Source of the DNA: a bacterium
GTDB taxonomy: Bacteria; Zhuqueibacterota; Zhuqueibacteria; Oceanimicrobiales; Oceanimicrobiaceae
Reading direction: 5' to 3'
Assembly: GCA_046757025.1 (NCBI GenBank)
Contig: JBHHXN010000004.1
Span: 1 to 64,000 of the forward strand
Length of the DNA stretch: 64,000 bases
Positions 30,069-39,301 of the stretch are shown here, in pieces. Numbering within the stretch: the first letter of the stretch is position 1; every line of letters begins with the position of its first letter. Under the pieces are notes generated by a model. It was given only the letters and a program-made list of their open reading frames with translations. It was not told where the DNA came from and searched no databases. The translations under genes were made by a program, and so were the position numbers.

Positions 30069-31496
30069 TCACATGGAACCAAACTGATCCCGGTTGGGCT
30101 CCGCTCAGCAGAACCAATCTTCTGTCAGGCGCGGTGTAAACATTCGCTGTTGAGCCAAATGAGTCGGACGAATTTGCCGTTTCCTGCCAGCCAGCTCGAA
30201 TACACCATTTCTTATTTCAAAGTAAGTATCTATTAAATCCTGATGGCGGCCGGCGGCTTTTTCCACCATTTCTGCGATGGCAATTTGAAGTTCATCCATG
30301 TCCGAATGGGGATGCCGCCAGGCGTACAGCCATTTTTCCTTATCCAACCCAAGAACAAACGGTTTGATGTCCCCTAAATTCAAAATGCTCGAGCCCGGCG
30401 GAATGAGCAATCGAATGCTGTACTGGATGGGGTCGATTTGATCATAGAGATGAAATTCTTCCACCAGATTGAAAATGTCCAGCAAATCGGAGATTTTCGT
30501 CCAGGGGGTGAAGGGCATCAACGAGGGACGCAGGGGAATACCCGCTGCGTGCGTCAGGTGCAAAGCTTCCTGCACATCCGATTTCGTGTGGTTTTTTGCC
30601 AGAAATTTCAAAATCGCATCGTTCAAAAGCTCCACTGCCGACACGATGAACACACAGCCAGTTGCTTTAAATTCCGGCAAAAGATGCTGGTATTCCAGCA
30701 GGTGTTCTATCTTGGCTGTGAAATCAAATGTCAGCTCAGGAAATCGCTGGTGAAACTCGCGGACGATGTCCAGCGAATGTTTGACGCCGTTTAAAAAATC
30801 GGGATCCCCGAACGTGATGTGTTCGGCTCCCAGCTCTACGAGCTGTTCTACATCCGCCAGTACGATTTCTTTCGGGATGATCCGCATGCGTCCGGCATAA
30901 ACCGGGGTAATGGGACAGTGCCGGCAGCGATGCGCACAACCCCTGCTGGCCAGAGTGTATCCGGTGAGTCGCAGCTCCTCACCCATTTTTAATCGGGTAT
31001 AGCGGTCGAGCGGCGGCATCAAGCTGCGCTCGGGCACGATGAATTTTTGCCTTGAAACAGACGTTATGGATTGCGGCAAACTTGAGCGGTTTTCGAAACG
31101 GGGGTCATTGAGGTTATTTACGACGGCCCGGGCAATCTGTACCAGAGTCTGCTCAAATTCTCCGCCGGCGATTGAATCGGCCAAGCCCGTGTTTCCGTTT
31201 TGAGCCAGCAAAAATTCCGAGTGCATGCCGGCGTAGAGTCCAAAAAAACAGATGTGACAGCCGGGATTCAATTTGCGGACGCGTTTGGCGACCTTTTCGG
31301 ACAAACGCAGGGCGGTGTGCATGGGAGTGGACAGCGCAACCAGTTGGGCCTCTTTTATCAAATCTTCAGCAAACGGCTCAACCGACAAATCCAAACAGTT
31401 AACTTGAAAACCAGCAGCCAGCAAATGGGCCGTGGGCGAAGCTAAATTAAACGGCTGGTGTCCCAGCTCGTAAAGGGAAATTAAAACGATGTTCAT
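30069..31496 (-). CDS. CUAEP-tail radical SAM selenoprotein (in-frame UGA at 30105-30107 read as Sec)
   Basis: CAHRCRHC motif, B12-binding-like N-terminus; reading through TGA gives PRLTEDWFC-U-AEPNRDQFGSM*. Confidence 0.85.
30075..30102 (-). promoter_or_regulatory. Candidate bacterial SECIS hairpin
   Basis: mRNA GGAGCC-C-AAC-C-G-(GGAU)-C-A-GUU-U-GGUUCC, immediately 3' of the UGA. Confidence 0.55.
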
Positions 31497-31504
31497 ACCG
31501 CTGC

Positions 31505-32512
31505 TTATCCGCCGATCTGATACATTTCGATCTTTTGGTGGGCGCCGATATCGGTATGAGAAGTTCTTTCCTCGGAATAACGATCCGTTCGTTTTTGCCA
31601 GATGCTTTTGATTTTTTGCAGCAGTTTTTCATCGGAAATACCCGAGCGCAGGGTTTTCTTCAAATCCACACCCTGACAGGCAAACAGGCAGGTGTACATT
31701 TTACCCTCGGCAGAAAGCCGGACGCGGGTGCAGCCGCTGCAAAATGGCTGCGTTACCGACGCGACCACGCCAATTTCGCCCCTGCCATCGAGGTAGCGGT
31801 AGCGATTGGCTACTTCGCTGTGAAAGTTTTTTTTCACCGGCGCGAGCGGTATCTCTGCATGAATGATCGCCACGATTTCTTTTGCTGAAATCACGTCATC
31901 CATTTTCCAACCGTTCAAATTTCCCACATCCATAAATTCGATAAAACGTATGATGAACCCGTTGTCCCGGGCAAACCTGGCGAGGTCGAGAATCTCACCA
32001 TCGTTGACGCCTTTTTGAATCACCGCGTTGATTTTAACGGGCGCTAATCCTGCTTTGACCGCGGCTTCGATACCATCCAGCACGTTTCGCAGATCCAGAT
32101 GATTACCGGCTAATTCTTTCAGCAAAGCGGGTTTCAGGGTATCCAGACTCACCGTGACTCTTTTCAAGCCGGCTTGTTTTAATCCCTGTGCTTTCTGTTT
32201 CAAGAGATAACCGTTACTGGTGAGCGCCAAATCTTTCAGCCCGTGGATATTGGCCAGCTTTTCAATGAGTACTTCCAGTTCGTGTCGCAGCAGAGGCTCG
32301 CCGCCAGTCAGCCGGATTTTAGCGACGCCGCATTGCACATACGCCTTTGCAAGGCGATGAATTTCTTCAAAGGAGAGAATTTCATTCCTGGCTAAAAAAA
32401 CATAATTATGGCCGAAAATATCCGCCGGCATGCAGTAATTACAACGAAAATTGCAGCGGTCGGTTACGGAGATGCGTAAATCCTGCAGCGGTCGGGAGAG
32501 TCTATCTAACAT
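31505..32512 (-). CDS. moaA: GTP 3',8-cyclase MoaA
   Basis: LRISVTDRCNFRCNYCM, RLTGGEP, FCSGCTRVRL...TCLF, C-terminal IGG. Confidence 0.95.
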   Translation of the reverse strand: MLDRLSRPLQDLRISVTDRCNFRCNYCMPADIFGHNYVFLARNEILSFEEIHRLAKAYVQCGVAKIRLTGGEPLLRHELEVLIEKLANIHGLKDLALTSNGYLLKQKAQGLKQAGLKRVTVSLDTLKPALLKELAGNHLDLRNVLDGIEAAVKAGLAPVKINAVIQKGVNDGEILDLARFARDNGFIIRFIEFMDVGNLNGWKMDDVISAKEIVAIIHAEIPLAPVKKNFHSEVANRYRYLDGRGEIGVVASVTQPFCSGCTRVRLSAEGKMYTCLFACQGVDLKKTLRSGISDEKLLQKIKSIWQKRTDRYSEERTSHTDIGAHQKIEMYQIGG

Positions 32513-32861
32513 TTACACACTTTTTTAAAAAGTTAAAACAACCCGTGCTAATTTCTTCGGTTATCCCCCACCGCTCCCTGCTTACGACAATCAGGGAGAA
32601 ATTCATTGTGAATTTCGTGCTGAAAATTCAATCGGCTGTCCGCTCAATGAATGCGGACATGACCATCCTATCTAAAAATTACCGTAGTCTCGAAAAACGA
32701 TAATTTTTCTTGACCAGGCCAAACTCAGCACCGCGCGGCTGAAAATGTTGTTTTGAAAACCGTTTAAATCACCCTATCCGCGCTAAATTACGATAAATTT
32801 ACGCCAATGTCAACATTTGATACGGGCTGCCCCAAACGGTAAATCCGATTAAATTTCACGA

Positions 32862-33578
32862 TCACGGGTTGGAAGGCCGAATATCGATTTCGCTCACCAT
32901 GGCGCGCTGCGGCAGTTTGACGGCTTCCACGATGGTTTGCGCCACGTCTTCTGGCTTCAAAATACGTTCGCGTTTTGGTTTTGCGGTGATGGATTCGTGA
33001 TTGAAAAACGGCGTATCCACCGAGCCCGGGCATATAGCCAGAACACGTACGCCAGCCTGGCGTTCCTCCAGCATCAAACATTTTGAGAAAGCCAGCACCC
33101 CCCATTTGGTGGCGGCATACCCCGAGCCCCCAGCAAAGGCATTTTTACCAGCCAGGGACGCCACATTGACGATGAAACTTTCTTCCTTCTTTTTCAAATA
33201 CGGTAACGCCTCGCGTGTGCAGAGAAACAGACCGCGCAAATTGACCTCAAACATTTCATCCCAATCCATGGTGGAGAATTCCACAATGCGCCCGAAACGT
33301 CCGGTGCCGGCGTTATTCACCAGAATGTCGATGCCGCCAAATTTGCCCGCGGCTTCGGTGATTAAATTTTTGATTTCACTTTCCCGGGTGACGTCCGTTT
33401 GCACGATGAGCGCTTTTCTACCCAGATTCCCGATTTCTTTTGCCAATGTTTGTAAATCGGTGACGGTGCGGGAGGCAATCACCACATTGGCGCCAGCCCG
33501 GGCCAATGCCAGCGCCGTGGCCCGCCCGATGCCTTTGCCGGCGCCGGTCACCACAGCAATTTTGTTCTTTATGTCCAT
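32862..33578 (-). CDS. SDR family oxidoreductase
   Basis: TGAGKGIG, NNAG, YAATK. Confidence 0.9.
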   Translation of the reverse strand: MDIKNKIAVVTGAGKGIGRATALALARAGANVVIASRTVTDLQTLAKEIGNLGRKALIVQTDVTRESEIKNLITEAAGKFGGIDILVNNAGTGRFGRIVEFSTMDWDEMFEVNLRGLFLCTREALPYLKKKEESFIVNVASLAGKNAFAGGSGYAATKWGVLAFSKCLMLEERQAGVRVLAICPGSVDTPFFNHESITAKPKRERILKPEDVAQTIVEAVKLPQRAMVSEIDIRPSNP

Positions 33579-33747
33579 TCTGACCCTACCTGTTCTTTTA
33601 TATTGATTTTCTTAGTAAAATATTTTCTTTCTAAATGCTTGCACAATCCGACCCATGGTTTCGTTGGTTCTGAAGTGATGAATCCCTGAACGGCCATTTT
33701 GTTTGAAAAATAAAATTCGGCGTTCCAAATTTCCGCGGCAATAGACA

Positions 33748-34089
33748 TCAAAACGTTTTAGCGCTGGAGCTCAGGTAATTGATCAAGTAAACAGCTACGA
33801 AAAAAACCACCAGCAAAACCAACGAGGCGATTCCCACAACGATGGCGATCATGGTAATTAAATCTTTTCGTGGGTTGGATTCCCTTTCATGCTGCCGTGG
33901 GAAAAACACCACGTCGTACAAAAGTTTCCCGGCAAAGATGACAAACAAACCGATGCCGGCTGCCACCCGCGCAAAATCAACGCTTCCCTGCAGGGCGCCT
34001 TTTAACGGCAGCAGTAAATAGATGAGGAGTCCCCATTTTCCTATTTCCACCGCGTACACATAAATTTTCTGTCTCGAACTGGAAGCCAT
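33748..34089 (-). CDS. Hypothetical membrane protein (about 3 TM)
   Basis: Three hydrophobic segments; same strand as the neighbours. Confidence 0.65.
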   Translation of the reverse strand: MASSSRQKIYVYAVEIGKWGLLIYLLLPLKGALQGSVDFARVAAGIGLFVIFAGKLLYDVVFFPRQHERESNPRKDLITMIAIVVGIASLVLLVVFFVAVYLINYLSSSAKTF

Positions 34090-34214
34090 CTTTGCTTGAA
34101 ATTTTTACTTTAATTTTAAACAATTGCGGGTTGAATGAAGCGCTGCAAATGAATTTAGATTCCTTCACTAAATGGCCTAACTTTTTACACACACATTCAA
34201 ACATGCCGCCTGGG

Positions 34215-34580
34215 CTAAAGCCAAAAGGCATTCTCAATATGGCGAATAGTCCATTGATTCCCCTGCGCTTTTACCGCCACCACATCAAAACGGCAGTCCA
34301 TATCTGATATGGCTTGCTCCTGCAGATATCTTTCCGCAACGCGAGCGATTTGTCGCTGCTTGCGCTCATCCACCCAGGTCTCGGGTTCCCCAAACGCGTC
34401 GCTGCGCGCGGTTTTGACTTCCACGAACACCAGCAGTTCGTCCTTTTGGGCCACGATGTCAATTTCACCGCGCGCCCAGCGGAAATTGCGCTCGCGAATC
34501 CGGTACCGTTTTTTTTGCAAATATTCCGCCGCCAGCTGCTCCCCTCTCTCTCCGAGCGATTTAGGATCCTTTTTCGGCAT
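34215..34580 (-). CDS. yraN: YraN (UPF0102) family protein
   Basis: GERGE, RNFR..GEIDIVA, FVEVKT, RFDVV; follows rnhB. Confidence 0.88.
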   Translation of the reverse strand: MPKKDPKSLGERGEQLAAEYLQKKRYRIRERNFRWARGEIDIVAQKDELLVFVEVKTARSDAFGEPETWVDERKQRQIARVAERYLQEQAISDMDCRFDVVAVKAQGNQWTIRHIENAFWL

Positions 34581-35229
34581 TTTTCTCTTTATCGAAGGCG
34601 TTTTCTAGAAAACGTTTGGGATGGAAAGACTGGCGATGGATTTTACAGAAACCGTATTTCTCTATGGCGTCCAGATGTGCCCGCGTGGGATAACCTTTGT
34701 GCCGCGCAAATCCGTAGTACGGAAATTTCGTATCGTACTCATACATGATTTTGTCGCGGGTGACTTTGGCTATGATGGAAGCCGAAGCGATGGAAAAGCA
34801 CTGGCTGTCGCCTTTCACAATGGCCGTGAAAGGAATCGAGTCATGCGGAAAAGCGCGCCCGTCCACCAGTAAAAATTCCGGTTCGATTTTCAAAGTATCC
34901 AGCGCCCGCTTCATGGCCAGAAAAGAAGCCTGATAGATGTTGATTTCATCTATTTCGCTCACCTCAGCCATGCCGATGCCAAAGTCCAGGGCTTCCTGCA
35001 AAATGACGTCGTATAGAAATTCTCTGACCTCTGCCGACAACCTTTTTGAATCATCGATCATCGGGATGTAGGCGTTTTTGGAGAAAATAACCGCCGCCGC
35101 CACCACCGGCCCAGCCAGAGGCCCGCGTCCGGCCTCATCCAGTCCCGCGACATAGCGGATGTCTTTTTCCCAGAGTTCCCGCTCAAATGACAGCATATTT
35201 TGAATACGATCGTATTCGGCTATATTCAT
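34561..35229 (-). CDS. rnhB: Ribonuclease HII
   Basis: GLDEAGRGPLAGP, DDSK, KGD, ASIIAKVTRD, HKGYPT. Confidence 0.95.
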   Translation of the reverse strand: MNIAEYDRIQNMLSFERELWEKDIRYVAGLDEAGRGPLAGPVVAAAVIFSKNAYIPMIDDSKRLSAEVREFLYDVILQEALDFGIGMAEVSEIDEINIYQASFLAMKRALDTLKIEPEFLLVDGRAFPHDSIPFTAIVKGDSQCFSIASASIIAKVTRDKIMYEYDTKFPYYGFARHKGYPTRAHLDAIEKYGFCKIHRQSFHPKRFLENAFDKEKNAEKGS

Positions 35230-35291
35230 ATTATTAATTGTCCATAATAAATGGTTACATCAAATTTAAGATTAATCTGATGAAATGCAAC

Positions 35292-35323
35292 AAAAAGCCA
35301 CCACAGAACAATTCTATGGTGGC
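35292..35323 (-). terminator. Rho-independent terminator ending the TolC/MlaC transcript
   Basis: Minus strand GCCACCATAGAA-TTG-TTCTGTGGTGGC followed by TTTTT. Confidence 0.7.
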
Positions 35324-35359
35324 GCGATAACTTAAACAAAAGTTATTTCGTAAAGTAAA

Positions 35360-35968
35360 TTATTTTTCCTCTAACTTTTTCACCAATTTGTTATACATTT
35401 CCTCATAGGAATTTTTGGCGATCTGTTTGTAAAAAGACTCGCGATAATTGCGCGCGGTGCTCACGCCGTCGATTTCTATGTCATAAACCAGCCATTGCCC
35501 GTCCACTTTGTGCATTTTGTAAACGATTTCCACTTCCTTCCTTTTTTTAAAAGCGATGGTGGTCACCTTGGCTTTTGAACCGTTGATCTCCGCTTCTTCA
35601 TACACCATTTTATCGGCTTTATAAATTTCTAATTTTTTCACAGAAGAATTTTTGATGAGTTGTGAAAAAGTTTTCACGAAGTCGTCTTGTTCCTTCGGGG
35701 TTCGCTGTTTCCAGTATTTGCCCAAAGACAATCTCGACAGCTCGCGAAAGTCCATGACGCCATTTATGACCTCTTTCAATTTTTCCCGAATTTCAGTGGT
35801 GATGTTATCATCCGCTTCATCGAGTATATTTTCGATGGCTTGATTGCGGGCTTTTACGATTTCCACCGGCGACACATCCGGTCGAGCAAAATTAGCGTTA
35901 CTGAAAAGGGTCAGGGCTCCCAATAACAAAATCGTTGGAATTATCCATCTATTTTTTTTCATGGTCAT
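35360..35968 (-). CDS. MlaC/Ttg2D-family periplasmic lipid-binding protein
   Basis: Signal peptide; MDFRELSRLSLGKYW, WLVYDIEIDGVS..RNYRESF. Confidence 0.85.
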   Translation of the reverse strand: MTMKKNRWIIPTILLLGALTLFSNANFARPDVSPVEIVKARNQAIENILDEADDNITTEIREKLKEVINGVMDFRELSRLSLGKYWKQRTPKEQDDFVKTFSQLIKNSSVKKLEIYKADKMVYEEAEINGSKAKVTTIAFKKRKEVEIVYKMHKVDGQWLVYDIEIDGVSTARNYRESFYKQIAKNSYEEMYNKLVKKLEEK

Positions 35969-36000
35969 TTCCTCTTTTTCTAAAATCTATCTATTACATT

Positions 36001-37374
36001 CTATTTCGCATACAAATCTCGGCCTGTAGCTTTACTTAATTTCGCCATTGCTATATTATACGTAAAAATGTTCTGTAAATGTTCCGCTTGCATGGCGCCA
36101 TTGGCTTTAAAAGCGTCGATCAGCTCTTTGACTTCGCCCACGCCGATATCAAAAGTCATGGTAGCAGAGCGCAGCCAATTGTCGCTGGCTTTGAGTGCCC
36201 GACGGCTGGCCCGCATGTTGCGTTCGGCCTGCTGCAATTCTAAATACGACTTCTCCACTTCCAATTTCAGACCGTCTATCAGCAGCTTTTCTTTTTGTGC
36301 CAGTTGTCGAAACTCCATCTGCGCCACACGCACCTTATCCCGCGTTTGCAAAAAATTCAGATTCAAATTCATCCCCAGAGCGACGCCCGGACGAAAATAA
36401 TTGGTGGGGTTGTAAATGAACGGTCCTTTCGGATCAAAGCGATCCTGTGCATAATTATATTTAATCTGTCCACCAAAAAAGAATTGCGGAAAATAATCGC
36501 TTTTGCTCACCGTAATCATGGCTCTTCGCGCGTTGATGCCCGCCCGCAGTTGCGACAGCTCCGCCCGATTTTGCAGCGCCATTTCGTAATAAACCGAGAG
36601 GCTGTCCAAATGAAAATCCAATGGATCCAGATATTCGGTAGCCGGCTCGATTTCCACGTCGTCTGCCAGTCCCAGCGTCACTTTCAGCACCGATTTCGTC
36701 AGCTTGATCTTATCCACGGTTTGCCTTTTTCTTTTGTCCACTTCGTAGCGGAAAATTTTCAGTTTAAACAGATCGGTTTGCGATATTTCATCGGAGCCCT
36801 CATCCAGCTTTTCCTGAATTTTGTCTTCCGCCTTTTTCAGCTCGTTGTCGGCATTTTCAACCACGCTTAAAAGCTCCTTTCCCAGCACCAGCGCCCAGTA
36901 GAGCTGACGCACTTGCAATCGCACGCTTTCGCGCTCTTTTTCGATTTTCGCTTGGTCTGCCTTCACCCCATAAGACGCAGCTTTTGCAATCCCGCTCAGT
37001 TTACCAAAGGTGTAAATCGGCTGAATCAAATCTAAATCTACCTGAGTGAAAAGTCTGAGATCGCCAGGAATACTGGTAATTGAATCCGGAGAAATGACAA
37101 AGCTGCCGGTTGGATCCATTTTACCGCGTGCTCTGGGAAGCGTTCCCCAGATATTTTTCACTTCAAATTTTGGGAGAAATTTAGCATGAGACGCCTGAGT
37201 TAATTTCGCCTCAGAGGTTTTTAAACTGAGCCGGGCATCTTGAATGGTCAAATTATTTTCAAAGGCTAATTTTTCGCAATCAGGCAGGCTTAATACTAAC
37301 TTTTTATTTTCTTGACTAACGGCATAGGTCGTGCAGATTAGAAAAATGTAGAGAACAAAATTTTGTTTTACCAT
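36001..37374 (-). CDS. TolC-family outer membrane protein
   Basis: Two OEP-like repeats (FLPKF/YFPQF, QPIYTFGK), C-terminal LSKATG. Confidence 0.85.
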   Translation of the reverse strand: MVKQNFVLYIFLICTTYAVSQENKKLVLSLPDCEKLAFENNLTIQDARLSLKTSEAKLTQASHAKFLPKFEVKNIWGTLPRARGKMDPTGSFVISPDSITSIPGDLRLFTQVDLDLIQPIYTFGKLSGIAKAASYGVKADQAKIEKERESVRLQVRQLYWALVLGKELLSVVENADNELKKAEDKIQEKLDEGSDEISQTDLFKLKIFRYEVDKRKRQTVDKIKLTKSVLKVTLGLADDVEIEPATEYLDPLDFHLDSLSVYYEMALQNRAELSQLRAGINARRAMITVSKSDYFPQFFFGGQIKYNYAQDRFDPKGPFIYNPTNYFRPGVALGMNLNLNFLQTRDKVRVAQMEFRQLAQKEKLLIDGLKLEVEKSYLELQQAERNMRASRRALKASDNWLRSATMTFDIGVGEVKELIDAFKANGAMQAEHLQNIFTYNIAMAKLSKATGRDLYAK

Positions 37375-37400
37375 CCACCCTCTTCATTGTATTTAAATGG

Positions 37401-38666
37401 TTATTCGGCTTTTAATTTCTCTTTGACACCGGAATCGGCGTCCGCCTCTTTAAGCGCCCGGATATCATCGTAATCGGCGTAAGCTTTTGAGTTCGTCGAA
37501 TTGGCGTCAGACAGGATGCCGATACCAACAGGCCGGGCGGGCGGTTTACCGCCGAAAGTTTTTTTATAGGCTTCATAAGCGTTGAATGTATAGGTTCGCC
37601 ATTCTCCCAGATGTTCTTCGCCGCTATCCGCCACGATGTTCCAGGGCTTGCCAATACCGCTGCGCTGCATGGCGGCTCCCACCGGCAGCGTGGTGCTCCA
37701 AACATATTTCACCGACTCCGGAATCAAACCCAATTTCTTTTTGTAGATGATGTAGATGCCAGCCGCGCTGTCCACCGAGCGACTGTAGCGCTCATCCCCG
37801 CCGGCTGGCACATGATGCACCCTCCAACGAAATGAAATGTAAGGATATTTCTTCAAATTCCACACGATGTCTTTCCCCAAAATCACCGATTCTCCGTTGT
37901 CTTCGGCTGCTAAAAATTTGTTACCCTTTTCTTCTACGATTTTGTATGGTTTATTTTTTTTATTATCCGATTTCTTCCACAGCCAGCCTCTTGGCAGCTT
38001 GCCGACTTCACTCGATTCAAAATCCTCTAAGATGACATAGTCGGAACGGGTCATCTCAGCTATCAAGTAAGCCAGCGAGTATTTTTTAATGATCTTGCTG
38101 CAAAAACTGTAGTAATCGCGCAGTAAACTTCTTTTTCCGGCTTTCAAGTTAGATATACGCCAGCTACCGTCTGGATATTTCAACATGTAAAGCGTGATTT
38201 CTTTTTTCTCTTTTACGCCTTCCAGTGAATAATTTAGTGTCGCAACGTTGTCATTGGTTTTGCTCGACGTTAATTTTATCCCTGGCAAATTTCCATTGCT
38301 TTTATCATTAAGATAGGTCAGAATCTTTTGCCGTAAAGAGATCTTGATTGCTTCCATGAACGCCTTTTTTTGGTGATCGCTGGTACCCTTCCACTTTTTT
38401 TGCAACATCTGTGGAGCCAGCCTTTCTACAGCGAACAATTCATCCACCAACTGGTAGAGCTGCTGCTCTCGCGAATCCGGATCGTTTTTAGCGCCATTTT
38501 TAAATTGATCGTGGATTTGTTTGTAAAATCGATCGATGGTTTGCTTGGGCGTCAGGCTGTCGTTTTCCCCCATCCCAAAATATGATGTGCCAGCACCAAC
38601 GACGGAAAACGACAAAATCAAGGAAACAAGCACAAAACGGGGCTTTAGATTTTTGTATTTAAACAT
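37401..38666 (-). CDS. Fusion of an MlaC-like domain and a DUF3047-like domain
   Basis: N-half resembles MlaC (QMLQKKW...WRISNL...SLLRDY); C-half YPYISFRWRV..GGDER..DSAA..IKY/VKYVWS..SDANST. Start chosen at ATG 38666. Confidence 0.7.
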   Translation of the reverse strand: MFKYKNLKPRFVLVSLILSFSVVGAGTSYFGMGENDSLTPKQTIDRFYKQIHDQFKNGAKNDPDSREQQLYQLVDELFAVERLAPQMLQKKWKGTSDHQKKAFMEAIKISLRQKILTYLNDKSNGNLPGIKLTSSKTNDNVATLNYSLEGVKEKKEITLYMLKYPDGSWRISNLKAGKRSLLRDYYSFCSKIIKKYSLAYLIAEMTRSDYVILEDFESSEVGKLPRGWLWKKSDNKKNKPYKIVEEKGNKFLAAEDNGESVILGKDIVWNLKKYPYISFRWRVHHVPAGGDERYSRSVDSAAGIYIIYKKKLGLIPESVKYVWSTTLPVGAAMQRSGIGKPWNIVADSGEEHLGEWRTYTFNAYEAYKKTFGGKPPARPVGIGILSDANSTNSKAYADYDDIRALKEADADSGVKEKLKAE

Positions 38667-39052
38667 AAATGATAGTCGCTGAATAAAATGATAAATTTGC
38701 AATCGCTTGGTTATTCTTTTAATAATCAACACTTTTGAGGATAGTATTGTTCCAGCAATCAATTTAATTTAGTTTAATCAAAATACAAATCAATACTTAT
38801 TTCGTTGAACAAAATAATCCATTCAACGCGATTTTGAGACAAAGGTTGCAAATTTGCTCATACCTGTGAAGCGTTAACCGGTATTATGAAAAACGGCTAT
38901 CCAGTTATATTATTCACCAAATTGCAATTTTTTTTTGAATATGTCAGAATTTTTTTCTCCCCAAAACAAGCGATTGGTTTTCAACTTTTGGCCATTGGTA
39001 TTTAATTTTTTAGTACTTACGTTGGGATTATCAATTCACCCTGTCGCTTAGT

Positions 39053-39200
39053 TAGTGATTGACCGAAAACGAACATCTTCATGCTGAGCGGAGTCAAAGC
39101 ATGACTAAAAAACAACAGCTTATCACCCTTCGACGCAGTTTATCCTGAGCTTGTCGAAGGGCTCTGGGTGAAGAAATATGGACTTTTCGGTCAATCACTA
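39053..39200. mobile_element. MITE-like element with perfect 17-bp terminal inverted repeats
   Basis: TAGTGATTGACCGAAAA ... TTTTCGGTCAATCACTA enclosing REP-like hairpins. Confidence 0.7.
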
Positions 39201-39301
39201 GTTACAATAACCATTTTAACTGATTGTGTTTTATTAGCTAACAACCAACGGCTAATTGCGAATCGCGCAATTTAGGTTCTCTTTTAATTGCTGATGATGC
39301 T

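Noticed and set aside
32788..32864. TGA stop of the SDR gene as possible Sec
   Set aside because: The protein ends at the normal SDR terminus (IRPSNP), a second TGA follows two codons later, and there is no Cys context.
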